Source: a virus
Reading direction: 5' to 3' (one strand)
IMG/VR virus record: IMGVR_UViG_3300044691_000477
Coordinates: 1 to 64,000 of that record
DNA length: 64,000 nt
Shown here: piece after piece, positions 43,111 to 51,776 of the stretch
How positions within the stretch are numbered: position 1 is the stretch's first letter
How the letters are laid out: the number at the start of each line of letters is the position of its first letter
Notes under the pieces: generated by a model
The model's database searches: none
The model's input: only the letters and a program-made list of their open reading frames with translations
Told to the model about the DNA's origin: nothing
Translations under genes and position numbers: made by a program

Positions 43111-43385
43111 TGACCGACCTCTCGCTTCATCATGCGGTAGGACGCCATCTCGGCCTGCTTGCCCAAGGTGATCGAGTTCTCGATCTCCGCATGCTGCTGT
43201 GTGTTGAGGTCGACGCCGCTGTTGAGCACGACCAAGGCGGCGTGCCCAGCCTTGATGGCGCGTTGCTGCGCCTGCTCGAGGCTGTCGATGAACGCGTAGG
43301 CGGCGGTGGGGTCTTTGAAGCTGCGGGCGGGCAGGCCCATCTGGTTCCCGTCCTGGTCAAGGACGGCGTACTCCCATGTGCTCAC
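43095..43385 (-). CDS. Hypothetical protein
   Basis: 96-aa ORF with the conserved leader and GGAGCAC RBS. Confidence 0.65.
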   Translation of the reverse strand: MSTWEYAVLDQDGNQMGLPARSFKDPTAAYAFIDSLEQAQQRAIKAGHAALVVLNSGVDLNTQQHAEIENSITLGKQAEMASYRMMKREVGQWQTI

Positions 43386-43422
43386 GGTGCTCCAGGTTCT
43401 GTGTTCCGAGTGGGTGGTGCCT

Positions 43423-43659
43423 TCAGGGTCTACAGGTCTTGCACGCCTTCACCTTGGGGATGGCCGCTCGAGCCATCCTCTCAGTCGGGTAGTTGCCGAC
43501 CGTGCTCTTGGTCCGGTTCGGGCAGTCCTCCTTCGTGTGCACGAACGCCTGCGCGATGCGAGCACCACCCTCTCCTGGAACGATGCGGCTGTCCACGAAG
43601 ACACCACTGCCAGTTCCTGTCGCGAACTCCGCGAGCCGGGTAGTGGTGGTCATGGACAT
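43423..43659 (-). CDS. Hypothetical protein
   Basis: 78-aa ORF. Confidence 0.6.
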   Translation of the reverse strand: MSMTTTTRLAEFATGTGSGVFVDSRIVPGEGGARIAQAFVHTKEDCPNRTKSTVGNYPTERMARAAIPKVKACKTCRP

Positions 43660-43673
43660 CGATGGTAGGGCCG

Positions 43674-44219
43674 TCAGTAGGTCGTTGGCACGGAAGGCTT
43701 ACGGCGTGGCTCGACGGTGTACCCCATCGTGCGGTTGCCGATGACCTTGTGGGTGGCTGGTGACTGCCCCTTCGCGGGGTCGAGTCGGACGTCGGTGCGG
43801 CTCATCGTCACGTCTCGAGCCCGGCTCATGTCGCGGACAGCGAGTTGCTTGTCAGCTCGTCCTGCTGCCACTGCCTTACGGCGTCCGTTGTTCTTGCCGG
43901 CGTCGGGGGTGACCAGACGGCTGGCGTCGCGATAGACGCGAGCAGACACCGGGTCCTTCCAAGTTCCCTGCAGCGTCGCTGGGTCACTTGCCAGCGTCGG
44001 GTCGGCTGCCATCTTCGCCGCGTGGTGCCTGATCTGGTCACGCGTCACTGGCCCGGGCTTGTTGATCTCGTGGTTCATCGAGGCCGGATGACTCACGGCG
44101 TAGACGCCACGGTTGGCCGGGTCGTTGTCCGGGACGAGTTCACGATCTGCGAGCCGGCGTGAGCCGCCACCCGTGGTCTCGGTGTGTATCGCGAATTGCT
44201 GGTCGTTCAACTCCACCAT
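43674..44219 (-). CDS. Hypothetical protein
   Basis: Track ORF trimmed to ATG 44219. 181 aa. Confidence 0.65.
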   Translation of the reverse strand: MVELNDQQFAIHTETTGGGSRRLADRELVPDNDPANRGVYAVSHPASMNHEINKPGPVTRDQIRHHAAKMAADPTLASDPATLQGTWKDPVSARVYRDASRLVTPDAGKNNGRRKAVAAGRADKQLAVRDMSRARDVTMSRTDVRLDPAKGQSPATHKVIGNRTMGYTVEPRRKPSVPTTY

Positions 44220-44296
44220 GTCCGATACTGTAGATCTCGCCCGTCGATGCCGATGGGAGACACGGAGCACTGATTCGGAGCAAGGGAGGTAGAAGC

Positions 44297-44419
44297 ATGG
44301 CGCCGTCGCAGGACACCGTTCGCAAGGACAGAGCCGAGCACGACGCGAAGCTCGCAGAACGGGCGGCTGCCGAGAAGAAGGAGCAGTCCGGGAAGGAACA
44401 GCAGCAACCCGCGAAGTGA
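44297..44419 (+). CDS. Small Lys/Glu-rich protein (40 aa) on the opposite strand
   Basis: Own translation MAPSQDTVRKDRAEHDAKLAERAAAEKKEQSGKEQQQPAK. GGGAGG lies 7 nt upstream, GC3 is high, and a terminator follows. Confidence 0.5.
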   Translation: MAPSQDTVRKDRAEHDAKLAERAAAEKKEQSGKEQQQPAK

Positions 44420-44425
44420 CTAGGC

Positions 44426-44455
44426 CCCCCGTCCACCACATCAGGTGGGCGGGGG
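44426..44455 (+). terminator. Intrinsic terminator-like hairpin with T-rich tail
   Basis: 12-bp stem (one G-U pair), 6-nt loop, then TTCTTCGTT. Confidence 0.55.
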
Positions 44456-45052
44456 TTCTTCGTTAGCGCCACCACCAGCGGGTAGTTCGAGCATCTCTGC
44501 ACTGGCCTCCGAGCTGTCGCTCGCTTGCTCGTCGGAAGCGGCCCTAACAACAGGCCACCAGCGGTCGATGGTCAGGTCTTGTCCACAGCCCTTGCACTCG
44601 ATCTGGCACCGCTCGCCCGTCGTCAGGACCGCCCACCCGACCGACTCGTGGCACGCCGGGCACCCCCGCTCGGGCACGACCGGCACAAGGGTCCCGCCGC
44701 CTTCGCCCGTGGAGCCGTAGTCGAGGTTGAACGAGATGCCGTTGATGAGCCAGTCGTCGCAGTTCTCCGGGTTCTGCCATGCCGTCCAACGCTCAGCAGG
44801 CCCCAGGAGGTCGATCACGTCGGCGGCATCGTCGGCGAATGCCTGGGCGAACACATCGGTTGTGCGGACGCCGTTGACCGCGGCTGCCAGCACGTAGGCG
44901 AGCACGACAACCTCGGGTGTGTGGACGCCGTGCTCGCCCTCGCAGCCATGCGTCGAGAACTCGTCGGCCAGCGTCGGGTACGCCGTTATGCACAGGCGAC
45001 AGATGATCGGGCTCTGCTGCGCAACCGAGGCCGCATGGTTGGGTTCAGACAT
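44441..45052 (-). CDS. Cys-rich hypothetical protein
   Basis: ATG 45052 (MSEP start, ATGTCTGA junction). Confidence 0.65.
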   Translation of the reverse strand: MSEPNHAASVAQQSPIICRLCITAYPTLADEFSTHGCEGEHGVHTPEVVVLAYVLAAAVNGVRTTDVFAQAFADDAADVIDLLGPAERWTAWQNPENCDDWLINGISFNLDYGSTGEGGGTLVPVVPERGCPACHESVGWAVLTTGERCQIECKGCGQDLTIDRWWPVVRAASDEQASDSSEASAEMLELPAGGGANEEPPPT

Positions 45053-45272
45053 GCGGCTCACCCGCCCCGGTCCTGTCGCTCGATTGCTCGATCAGCCGTT
45101 CGAGTACCTCGACGCTGACGGGTGACAGGTCGTGCTTCTCGATGGCCTCGTACTGGCCGTCCCCGAGATCCTTGTAGCGGAACACGACGTACCACCGATC
45201 GGTCAGGCCACCTCGCATGAGCATGGGTGGTTGCGCTCGTCGGCACCTTCCGCCACAGCACCTGTCAGCCAC
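45045..45272 (-). CDS. Hypothetical protein
   Basis: 75 aa with GTG start in the GACCGTGGCTGAC junction. Ends EQSSDRTGAGEPHV. Confidence 0.6.
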   Translation of the reverse strand: MADRCCGGRCRRAQPPMLMRGGLTDRWYVVFRYKDLGDGQYEAIEKHDLSPVSVEVLERLIEQSSDRTGAGEPHV

Positions 45273-45648
45273 GGTCGTCCTCCTTCTCGCTGTCGCTCGA
45301 TTGCTTTGGGCAGTCGCTGCACGAGTAACCCGTGTCGTTGTCGAAGTCGAAGCCCTCGACCAGCGACAGGAACCGCTGCCCCTTCTCGGTGAGCCATGAG
45401 CCGTTGACCGAACTGCCGTGCTCGATGAGATCAGCGGCGGTCAACTGATCTGCGATGAACTCGAAGCCCGCGCTGGTCAGGCGATCAGAGAAGGCCCGCC
45501 ACCCGCCGTCGTACCAGGGGCAGGCGCGCAGCATCTCCACCACGAGGGCAAGCCGTTCCTCGGGCTGCCCGCACCCGCAGAACCGCAGATCATCGAAGAT
45601 CACGGCGTACAGCCAGTGCTGGTCGGCGTGCGCGTCGGGTTCAGACAT
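45265..45648 (-). CDS. Hypothetical protein
   Basis: 127 aa with MSEP start. Ends KQSSDSEKEDDRG. Confidence 0.65.
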   Translation of the reverse strand: MSEPDAHADQHWLYAVIFDDLRFCGCGQPEERLALVVEMLRACPWYDGGWRAFSDRLTSAGFEFIADQLTAADLIEHGSSVNGSWLTEKGQRFLSLVEGFDFDNDTGYSCSDCPKQSSDSEKEDDRG

Positions 45649-45689
45649 CTAGGGCTCCCGCCTGGTTGCTGTGCTTCTGTTGCGGCGTG

Positions 45690-45971
45690 CTAGATGCGAC
45701 CGAGCCGCTTCTGCTCCCGGCAGGTGCAGTGCAGGGGGTCGTAGGTGCGGTAGGACTTGCAGTCCGTGTTGGTCCAGACGTGTCCGACGCCGAGGCTCGC
45801 GTCCGCCTGGGAGTGGTGCGTGCCGTTGCGTACCTCGCACCAAGCCAGGTGGATGCCTTGCAGGTTGGGGTCGTCGGAGCAGGTCAGACAGCACCGCGTG
45901 CGACCGGGGAGCGGCTCCACCCCGCGCTCGCAACCAAGTGTCGGGCAGACGTCCGACGAGTTGTCAGCCAC
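45690..45971 (-). CDS. Cys-rich hypothetical protein
   Basis: GTG 45971 (VADNSS..) in the junction cassette. Confidence 0.55.
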   Translation of the reverse strand: MADNSSDVCPTLGCERGVEPLPGRTRCCLTCSDDPNLQGIHLAWCEVRNGTHHSQADASLGVGHVWTNTDCKSYRTYDPLHCTCREQKRLGRI

Positions 45972-46194
45972 GGTCGTCCTTCGTTCGTCGCGCCTTTCGC
46001 GCCGCCCGGTCATGCTCTGATCGGCGCAACCGATCAATCTTCTCGTAGCAGCGACGTGCCAGGAAACTATGCAGCGCCGCCTCCATCTCCAACCGCAGGA
46101 TCGAGTATTCCGGCTCAGCGGAGATCATGCGAAGGACGTCTGCTAACGGGCCTTCCTCGGCGGTCCGCCATTCAGTCATTAAGAGTGGCATCAC
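45964..46194 (-). CDS. Hypothetical protein
   Basis: 76 aa ending KDDRG. Confidence 0.6.
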   Translation of the reverse strand: MMPLLMTEWRTAEEGPLADVLRMISAEPEYSILRLEMEAALHSFLARRCYEKIDRLRRSEHDRAARKARRTKDDRG

Positions 46195-46763
46195 AGATCG
46201 ATCCAGAACTGGTCGGCGTACAGCAGTCGTTGCTCGACGGCCTTGAACGCCTCGCGGACCCAGCGCGCGTCCGCCAGCGCGTGGTGCTCGGTGTCCTCCT
46301 GCTTCGGCAGTTCAACCTGGAACATGTCGACGGCATGCTTGATGTCGCGGGTGTACATCGGCATGTGCGTCGGCAGGTCGATCATCGTGCCGAAGAGCTG
46401 CGCGAGTACAACGTGGTCGTAGTCGGCGTAGTACGCCCACAACTCGGCCTGCTCGCCTTCCTTCAAGCCCGCCTTGCAGAACGCCGCCACCTCGGTCGCG
46501 ATGACGCTGCGCTTCTTGTACAGGCCGGTGGACTCGTCAGGGTCGAACGTCCCACCACCGTTGCCGAAGGACTTGATCTCGCCGGGGAGTTGGGTGAGCA
46601 CGTTCTTGCGCAGCCACTCATTCTTGTAGATCGCCCACCACGATGTGCCAATGTCGATGGCGTAGTACTCGCGCCCGTCCTCGGCGACCATGCCGATGCT
46701 GATGAGCCGAATGGGTTGGGTCGGCCCGATCTCGTGGAACTCGGTGTCATACCAGATCCTCAT
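46191..46763 (-). CDS. DEDDh 3'-5' exonuclease (Rv2179c-like)
   Basis: MRIWYDTEFHE..LISIGMVAEDGREYYAI..HHALADARW. Confidence 0.75.
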   Translation of the reverse strand: MRIWYDTEFHEIGPTQPIRLISIGMVAEDGREYYAIDIGTSWWAIYKNEWLRKNVLTQLPGEIKSFGNGGGTFDPDESTGLYKKRSVIATEVAAFCKAGLKEGEQAELWAYYADYDHVVLAQLFGTMIDLPTHMPMYTRDIKHAVDMFQVELPKQEDTEHHALADARWVREAFKAVEQRLLYADQFWIDL

Positions 46764-47125
46764 CTCGACTCCATGCCGCTGACGTACTCACTACCGACGT
46801 AGGTGAAGCGTGGCTTGGTGCGGCAGACCTCAAAGTCTGTCGTCTTCAGTCCGTAGTGATGATGCTCCTTGCTGACGCAGATGTGCGCCCCCCAGTCCTC
46901 CCAGGTCCGCACGGCCAGCCGCGGGCCTTCGTGCGCGGCAGTGAGCTGCAGACCGATGTAGACGACGACCGTGCGGCCCTTCTCGAAGAGGATCTCGGGA
47001 CCGTCCTCTTTGAAGAACGAAGCGTGAAACTCCTCTGCGTTGGCGTCATGCGCGAGACCGAGCACCAGGTACAGCGGCCCCTTCCAGTGCCGGTAGATGC
47101 CGGCCTGAATCTCCTTCGTGGTCAT
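46760..47125 (-). CDS. DUF1653-like protein
   Basis: GIYRHWKGPLYLVLGLAHD..VVVYIGL. Confidence 0.65.
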   Translation of the reverse strand: MTTKEIQAGIYRHWKGPLYLVLGLAHDANAEEFHASFFKEDGPEILFEKGRTVVVYIGLQLTAAHEGPRLAVRTWEDWGAHICVSKEHHHYGLKTTDFEVCRTKPRFTYVGSEYVSGMESR

Positions 47126-47427
47126 TGCGGTTCCTCCTTCTTGGCGAGGTGAGCCAGGAACTCAAGCAGCGAGGCCCGAGTTCCTTCCTTCGTAGTGAGG
47201 AACGGCCCGACCTTCCGCCACGAGTGGGTGATCCTGCCGTAGCGGTTCTCGACCGCCTTCTTCTCCCAGACCTGGGCAGTCTGCACCGTGCCGCTGGCAC
47301 CGAAGGCGAAGCTGAACTCAACCTTGGCTGTGCCGTCCTGCAGCACCCGCTTGATCTCCTGCAGGTGCACTGCCATCTCGACCGCCTCGGCCTGCTCGCG
47401 GATGCCCTCCAACTCGTCGCCACTCAC
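47122..47427 (-). CDS. Hypothetical protein
   Basis: GTG 47427 (GTGA coupling). 101 aa. Confidence 0.55.
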   Translation of the reverse strand: MSGDELEGIREQAEAVEMAVHLQEIKRVLQDGTAKVEFSFAFGASGTVQTAQVWEKKAVENRYGRITHSWRKVGPFLTTKEGTRASLLEFLAHLAKKEEPQ

Positions 47428-48038
47428 GCTGGCACCGCGATGTCGACGCCTGTGCTCAGCAACTTCTGCAGGTGCGGGAAGAGCGACCGCGCTGGGATGT
47501 CGCCGATCCGCACCCACTCGATGGCCGCTATCTTGCCCGGCTCCATGATCTCAGGCATCAGCGAACCGATGATGGGAGCCCGGTAGAACAGGCAGACGCT
47601 GTGCACACCTGCCTCATCGAAGACGTGGTTGGTCACCCCGATGGGTTCGTCGTCGTACATGATGAGGTCGAGGTTGACCTCCTCCTTCACCTCGCGGACG
47701 ACGGCTTCGAGCGGGGTCTCACCGAAGTCCATCCAACCGCCTGGCACTGACCATGTACCGGCGCCGTGGCTGCACTCCGGTCCTCGCTGGATCATCAGCA
47801 CCTCGTCCCACCAGCCGTCGACTGTGCGCGTGATTAGAGCAGCTACACCGACGCCGACGTTGTGCTGCTTGGGCAAACTCGAGTACTCGTTCATGTAGCC
47901 GAGCGCCAGCGAGACACCTTCTCTCTTAGCCCGTAGCCGGTCGCTACGCAGAGCGCCAGGCGCCTCAGACGCCGCGGAGGTGAGCCGGGCGGCGGCGCTG
48001 GCCAACCGCTCCCGGAGGTCGACCCATCGGTCCGTCAT
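47424..48038 (-). CDS. Nudix hydrolase
   Basis: Nudix box GGWMDFGETPLEAVVREVKEEVNL. Confidence 0.8.
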   Translation of the reverse strand: MTDRWVDLRERLASAAARLTSAASEAPGALRSDRLRAKREGVSLALGYMNEYSSLPKQHNVGVGVAALITRTVDGWWDEVLMIQRGPECSHGAGTWSVPGGWMDFGETPLEAVVREVKEEVNLDLIMYDDEPIGVTNHVFDEAGVHSVCLFYRAPIIGSLMPEIMEPGKIAAIEWVRIGDIPARSLFPHLQKLLSTGVDIAVPA

Positions 48039-48331
48039 GGCCCCTCCACCTTGTCTGCAACCCGAGCGACCGCTCCGGTGAGTTCACGTAGTGCATTGAC
48101 GAGGTTGATCTCGTGCTCAGCGGTGGCGTCGACCAACCGCCCTGTCTGCGCAGCCAGCCGTAGCGTTGCCCACACCTGCGCGTCGGCGAGTGCGAGGGCC
48201 TGACATTCGCGCTCCTCCAGGCGCCAACTCCGCGCAAGCGCCTCGATGGCACGTGCACCGAGAGTGGCCGGGTCATCCAGGTCAGCCTCGAAGACCTTGA
48301 TGGCACGTTGTTCAGCGTCGTACTTGGCCAT
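48035..48331 (-). CDS. Hypothetical protein
   Basis: 98-aa ORF. Confidence 0.6.
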   Translation of the reverse strand: MAKYDAEQRAIKVFEADLDDPATLGARAIEALARSWRLEERECQALALADAQVWATLRLAAQTGRLVDATAEHEINLVNALRELTGAVARVADKVEGP

Positions 48332-48969
48332 CAGTCCTGTACCCCTAACCAGCCGAGCAGGTCGTGCAACGACGGGGCGAGGTAGTCAACCAGGCCGTAC
48401 ATCAACTCGGGCTCCATCGGATCCTCGAGCAGAATGGCGGTGCGCTTGCCCATCCCCACAGCCCAGCCGAGCTCGAGGTGCGCCGAGCGGTTGCACGGCA
48501 ACACCAGCACCATGGTGTCTGCCTGCCGCATGGCGCTGTAGTCGCTGCGAAGACCGTCTCTGGCGAGCGAGTTCTTCATGCCGGCGAGGTAGGCGTCGAC
48601 GCTCACCCCGCCGTTGAAGTCGCGGTCCATCGTGATGTCAGCCCAGCGGAAAGGAGACATCTTCCTGTTGGACATGGGGAGCTTCGGGTTCTTGAAGTCG
48701 TAGCACGGCATCCCGGCAGCCTCGAGCGTCTTCACGACACATTCCTGCATCGTGTTGCGCCAGGAGCTGGCCACATAGATGTACTGCGGGTTGGCCGGCA
48801 GCATCGGCACTGCATAGGTCGACAGCGACCCGCAGGCGGCGTAGCCGTTTGGATGCCTCCAGCACACCGGGTCATCCGACGGGTCCCAGTCGGGCTCCCA
48901 GTTCTTGCTGCCATAGGTGCGTTCCTCGATCAAGTCCCTGCAGTTGACGCAGTGGTTGGCGACGGTCAT
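48331..48969 (-). CDS. Nucleoside 2-deoxyribosyltransferase-like protein with N-terminal CxxC
   Basis: YIYVASSWRN..ADTMVLVLPCNRSAHLELGWAVGMGKRTAILL. Confidence 0.6.
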   Translation of the reverse strand: MTVANHCVNCRDLIEERTYGSKNWEPDWDPSDDPVCWRHPNGYAACGSLSTYAVPMLPANPQYIYVASSWRNTMQECVVKTLEAAGMPCYDFKNPKLPMSNRKMSPFRWADITMDRDFNGGVSVDAYLAGMKNSLARDGLRSDYSAMRQADTMVLVLPCNRSAHLELGWAVGMGKRTAILLEDPMEPELMYGLVDYLAPSLHDLLGWLGVQD

Positions 48970-49000
48970 CTTGCTCCTCGTTCGGTTGATGTTCAGCGCT

Positions 49001-49255
49001 CTACGTCAGGGATGGACTTGACCCATCTGGTGTCAGACCCGAGGAACTTGGTGGGTCGAGAAGTGACTGCGCCTGCACCCTGTCATGGTCGTTCCACGCC
49101 TTCAGCGCGACATCGATGGCCTCACGCACCTCAATCAGGAACGTGTTGACCGGGGCTTTGACGATGGTCGCGCGCAAGATGCCGAGATGCGTCCGCGTCA
49201 AGCCGTCCAGGGATGCCGTGACCTGATCAGTCACGATCCCGCCTTCTACCACCAT
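49001..49255 (-). CDS. Hypothetical protein
   Basis: 84-aa ORF. Confidence 0.55.
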   Translation of the reverse strand: MVVEGGIVTDQVTASLDGLTRTHLGILRATIVKAPVNTFLIEVREAIDVALKAWNDHDRVQAQSLLDPPSSSGLTPDGSSPSLT

Positions 49256-49256
49256 C

Positions 49257-49535
49257 TCAGTCCTCCTTCGGATTCAACTCGAACAGATGCCACCAACGGA
49301 GTTCCTCGGTGGGGGCGAGCACGGTCTCGCAGAACCGCATGTTGGAGGGCGCCGCCTGACCGGACCCGAAGACCTGGAAGGAGCGTTGCCGCTTCGGTGT
49401 GTCGTCAGGGAACACGAAGAGGTAGACCACGCGGTTGCCTGCGGAGCAGGTCTCTATCTCGCCGCTGAACTCGACGGTGTGCACCGCGTCATCGACAGGC
49501 ACCCGGAGCCGCCGCAGGAGTGATCCAGCGGTCAC
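49257..49535 (-). CDS. Hypothetical protein, paralog of 49532..49834
   Basis: Shares the pattern VYLFVFPDD..FGSG..WHLFE with RVFVVLGTGHPFPD..VFHVYE in the neighbour. Confidence 0.6.
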   Translation of the reverse strand: MTAGSLLRRLRVPVDDAVHTVEFSGEIETCSAGNRVVYLFVFPDDTPKRQRSFQVFGSGQAAPSNMRFCETVLAPTEELRWWHLFELNPKED

Positions 49536-49834
49536 GTCGGCTTCACTGCGGACTCGCTCACCAGCTCGTAGACGTGGAAGACCAAGCCGCCGCTGATGCC
49601 GTGCGCGGTGCCGAGGTAGTGAAGCATCTTGCCGCTCGGCGTGTCGGGGAACGGGTGGCCAGTGCCGAGCACAACGAAGACTCGCTTTTCGAGACCTACT
49701 GGGGCGTCGTCCACCTCGGCCCAGAACGTGATCTCGTTGGCCTGGTTGGCGACAGTGAGGATGCGAGCGCCGGTCGGCACCCCGACGTTCTGGGTCGGCT
49801 TGTGCAGGACGTATTTCCAGACGACGCGGGCCAT
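49532..49834 (-). CDS. Hypothetical protein (recurrent phage family)
   Basis: ATG 49834 (MARVVWKYVL..). Confidence 0.6.
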   Translation of the reverse strand: MARVVWKYVLHKPTQNVGVPTGARILTVANQANEITFWAEVDDAPVGLEKRVFVVLGTGHPFPDTPSGKMLHYLGTAHGISGGLVFHVYELVSESAVKPT

Positions 49835-50076
49835 CAGCTCTTCACCGTCAGCCGGACGACCTGGAACGACCACTCGAGGGCAGAGGGCGCGCGGCCAAGG
49901 AATGCCTCAGTACCGGGGCCGGCGATGATGCCACCGTTGGGGGACTCGACCAGCCAGCCCTCGTCGTTGTGCCACTCGATCACCCGCCCGTGCACCATGT
50001 CGGTGCCGAGCTCGGTCTCCCGTGTGCAGCGCAGCACGGTCCCCACTGGGAACGGGAGGAACTTCTTCCGCGCCAT
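49834..50076 (-). CDS. Hypothetical protein
   Basis: 80-aa ORF. Confidence 0.6.
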   Translation of the reverse strand: MARKKFLPFPVGTVLRCTRETELGTDMVHGRVIEWHNDEGWLVESPNGGIIAGPGTEAFLGRAPSALEWSFQVVRLTVKS

Positions 50077-50477
50077 CAGTCCTCCACCTCCGTCGGGTCC
50101 TCGGGCCAGAACGCGATCTCACCATCGATCCCAGACAGTGAGAGCACCCAGCGGCCCTTGCCGGGCAACTCGGCGTCGTTCGCGGCGAGGGAGACCCGTG
50201 CCAGCCACGGGCAGCGCGTCGTCTCCTTCGAGCGTAGGCAGACGAGGCTGTGCTCGATCACCCACGCGGGGGCGTCACCCTCGAGGAACAGGATGTCCAC
50301 GGCGTGCCGTCCGCCGCCGAGCTCGGGGGTGCGGAAGACGTCGAGCACCAGTTCGGCGTCGACGCCGATAGCCATCCAGCCCTGGTCGACGTGCAGACCG
50401 CTCTCGGTCATCTGCCGCAACACGGCATTCGTCATCGTCATGTCCTCGCGGAGTTTGAACACCATGACCTTGGTCAT
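50076..50477 (-). CDS. Hypothetical protein
   Basis: 133-aa ORF. Confidence 0.6.
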   Translation of the reverse strand: MTKVMVFKLREDMTMTNAVLRQMTESGLHVDQGWMAIGVDAELVLDVFRTPELGGGRHAVDILFLEGDAPAWVIEHSLVCLRSKETTRCPWLARVSLAANDAELPGKGRWVLSLSGIDGEIAFWPEDPTEVED

Positions 50478-50923
50478 GGCGCCACGTTGCGCAGCGCTGG
50501 CGCGTAGACGAGCGAACGCACTGCGGTGACGAGGCGCTTCTTGGCTGCCGCCGGCATCTTCTCCAGGTGTGCGTGCAACTCCTCTGCGGCGTCGTTGGTC
50601 TTGTACGCCGGCGCTCGCCGATCGGTGGCGTCAAGAGCCAGGCTGAACGCGAGGTCCGCCGCGACCCTGGCGGGCGTCGGAGGAGCCTCGCTGCCGTCGG
50701 TGTCATCAGGGATCAGCAGCTCGGTGAGGAAGTTGCGTGCAGAGGTCGCATCGGTGCGGTCGAGGTGGAAGCCGCACTCGGCGCGCGAGTTGCTGCTCAC
50801 GATGCCGACCCATACGAACGACGACCTCGAACCGCCGTCGGCGCTGATCAGCATCGTGTCGCCGTCGGCGTCGGTGAGGGTCAGCTCGACAACACCGTTC
50901 TCATCAGTGCGGATACTCGCCAT
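50474..50923 (-). CDS. Hypothetical protein
   Basis: ATG 50923 (GAGAGGTGA RBS). 149 aa. Confidence 0.6.
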   Translation of the reverse strand: MASIRTDENGVVELTLTDADGDTMLISADGGSRSSFVWVGIVSSNSRAECGFHLDRTDATSARNFLTELLIPDDTDGSEAPPTPARVAADLAFSLALDATDRRAPAYKTNDAAEELHAHLEKMPAAAKKRLVTAVRSLVYAPALRNVAP

Positions 50924-50927
50924 CAGG

Positions 50928-51029
50928 TCACCTCTCCCGCTCGAGCAACTCGAGCAGCGCCGTCGCCTCCTGCAGGTCCATCGTGACCGTGATCTGCGGT
51001 GAGACCGCCTTGACCGTGCTCTCTGCCAT
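50928..51029 (-). CDS. Very small ORF (33 aa)
   Basis: MAESTVKAVSPQITVTMDLQEATALLELLERER, with GGAGCAC RBS. Confidence 0.35.
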   Translation of the reverse strand: MAESTVKAVSPQITVTMDLQEATALLELLERER

Positions 51030-51093
51030 GTCCGTGCTCCAGGTGAGTGATCCGAAGGGCGCACCGTACCAACTACCGCGACGCCGCGCTGCC

Positions 51094-51474
51094 CTATCGC
51101 AGCTCTGCCACCCACCTCGGCAGCTCGGGCAGCGCCACGTGCTGTGTGGCCAGCGGGTGCGTGCAGTCGCTGAGGAACTGGAAGACACCGGCCACCAGAT
51201 GGCTGTGACAGACGAAATCACCGACATTGTTGCTGCCCTCGACGTCTGCAGCCTTCGTCGTGGTCAGGATGGAAGGCGTGAGGGTCGGCGCCTCGAGGTT
51301 GCCGTCGAAGCCCCAGACAGGGTGCTTGCTGGGGTCACCGCTGATCGGCAGCATGTTCAGCCCGCGCGTGCGCGTCCCGTCAGCGTCGATCCGCTCGCAG
51401 CCCGGGCACCAGAACATCAGCGCAACGTAGCTGCCGCCGGCACCGTCGCTGAGCGAGCGCAGCCTCGACCTCAC
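51094..51474 (-). CDS. Small CxxC/CH-motif protein of a widespread phage family (possibly DUF6527-type; that label is an unchecked recollection)
   Basis: GTG 51474 (GTGA coupling). FWCPGCERI..PVWGFDGNLEAPTLTPSIL..FVCHSHLVAGVFQFLSDCTHPLA. Confidence 0.65.
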   Translation of the reverse strand: MRSRLRSLSDGAGGSYVALMFWCPGCERIDADGTRTRGLNMLPISGDPSKHPVWGFDGNLEAPTLTPSILTTTKAADVEGSNNVGDFVCHSHLVAGVFQFLSDCTHPLATQHVALPELPRWVAELR

Positions 51475-51743
51475 AGCGCACCACGATGCACGTCGAATGT
51501 CGCAGCCGCCGCCTGCTCGTGCGTCAGCCCGGCATCCCTGAACTCGAGGTAGTGCCGCTGCGCCTGCGCCAGCATCGCCCGAGCCCCGAGGAAACTCACC
51601 ACGACCTCGAAGCAGACCACTCCCACAGCAGCGACCCAGCGCCCTCCCATCACCAGGTACGCCGTCCAGGCAACCGTCGCCCACAGCCACACCCGAGGCA
51701 TCCGGTACGCCGGCCACCAGCCCATCCTTCGCATGCCCTCCAT
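51471..51743 (-). CDS. Membrane protein (2 TM), first gene of arm 3; start uncertain (51743-51776)
   Basis: WLWATVAWTAYLVMGGRWVAAVGVVCFEVVVSFLG. Confidence 0.55.
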   Translation of the reverse strand: MEGMRRMGWWPAYRMPRVWLWATVAWTAYLVMGGRWVAAVGVVCFEVVVSFLGARAMLAQAQRHYLEFRDAGLTHEQAAAATFDVHRGAL

Positions 51744-51776
51744 CCTGCCACCCAACTGCCGTAGGACCAGCCACAT

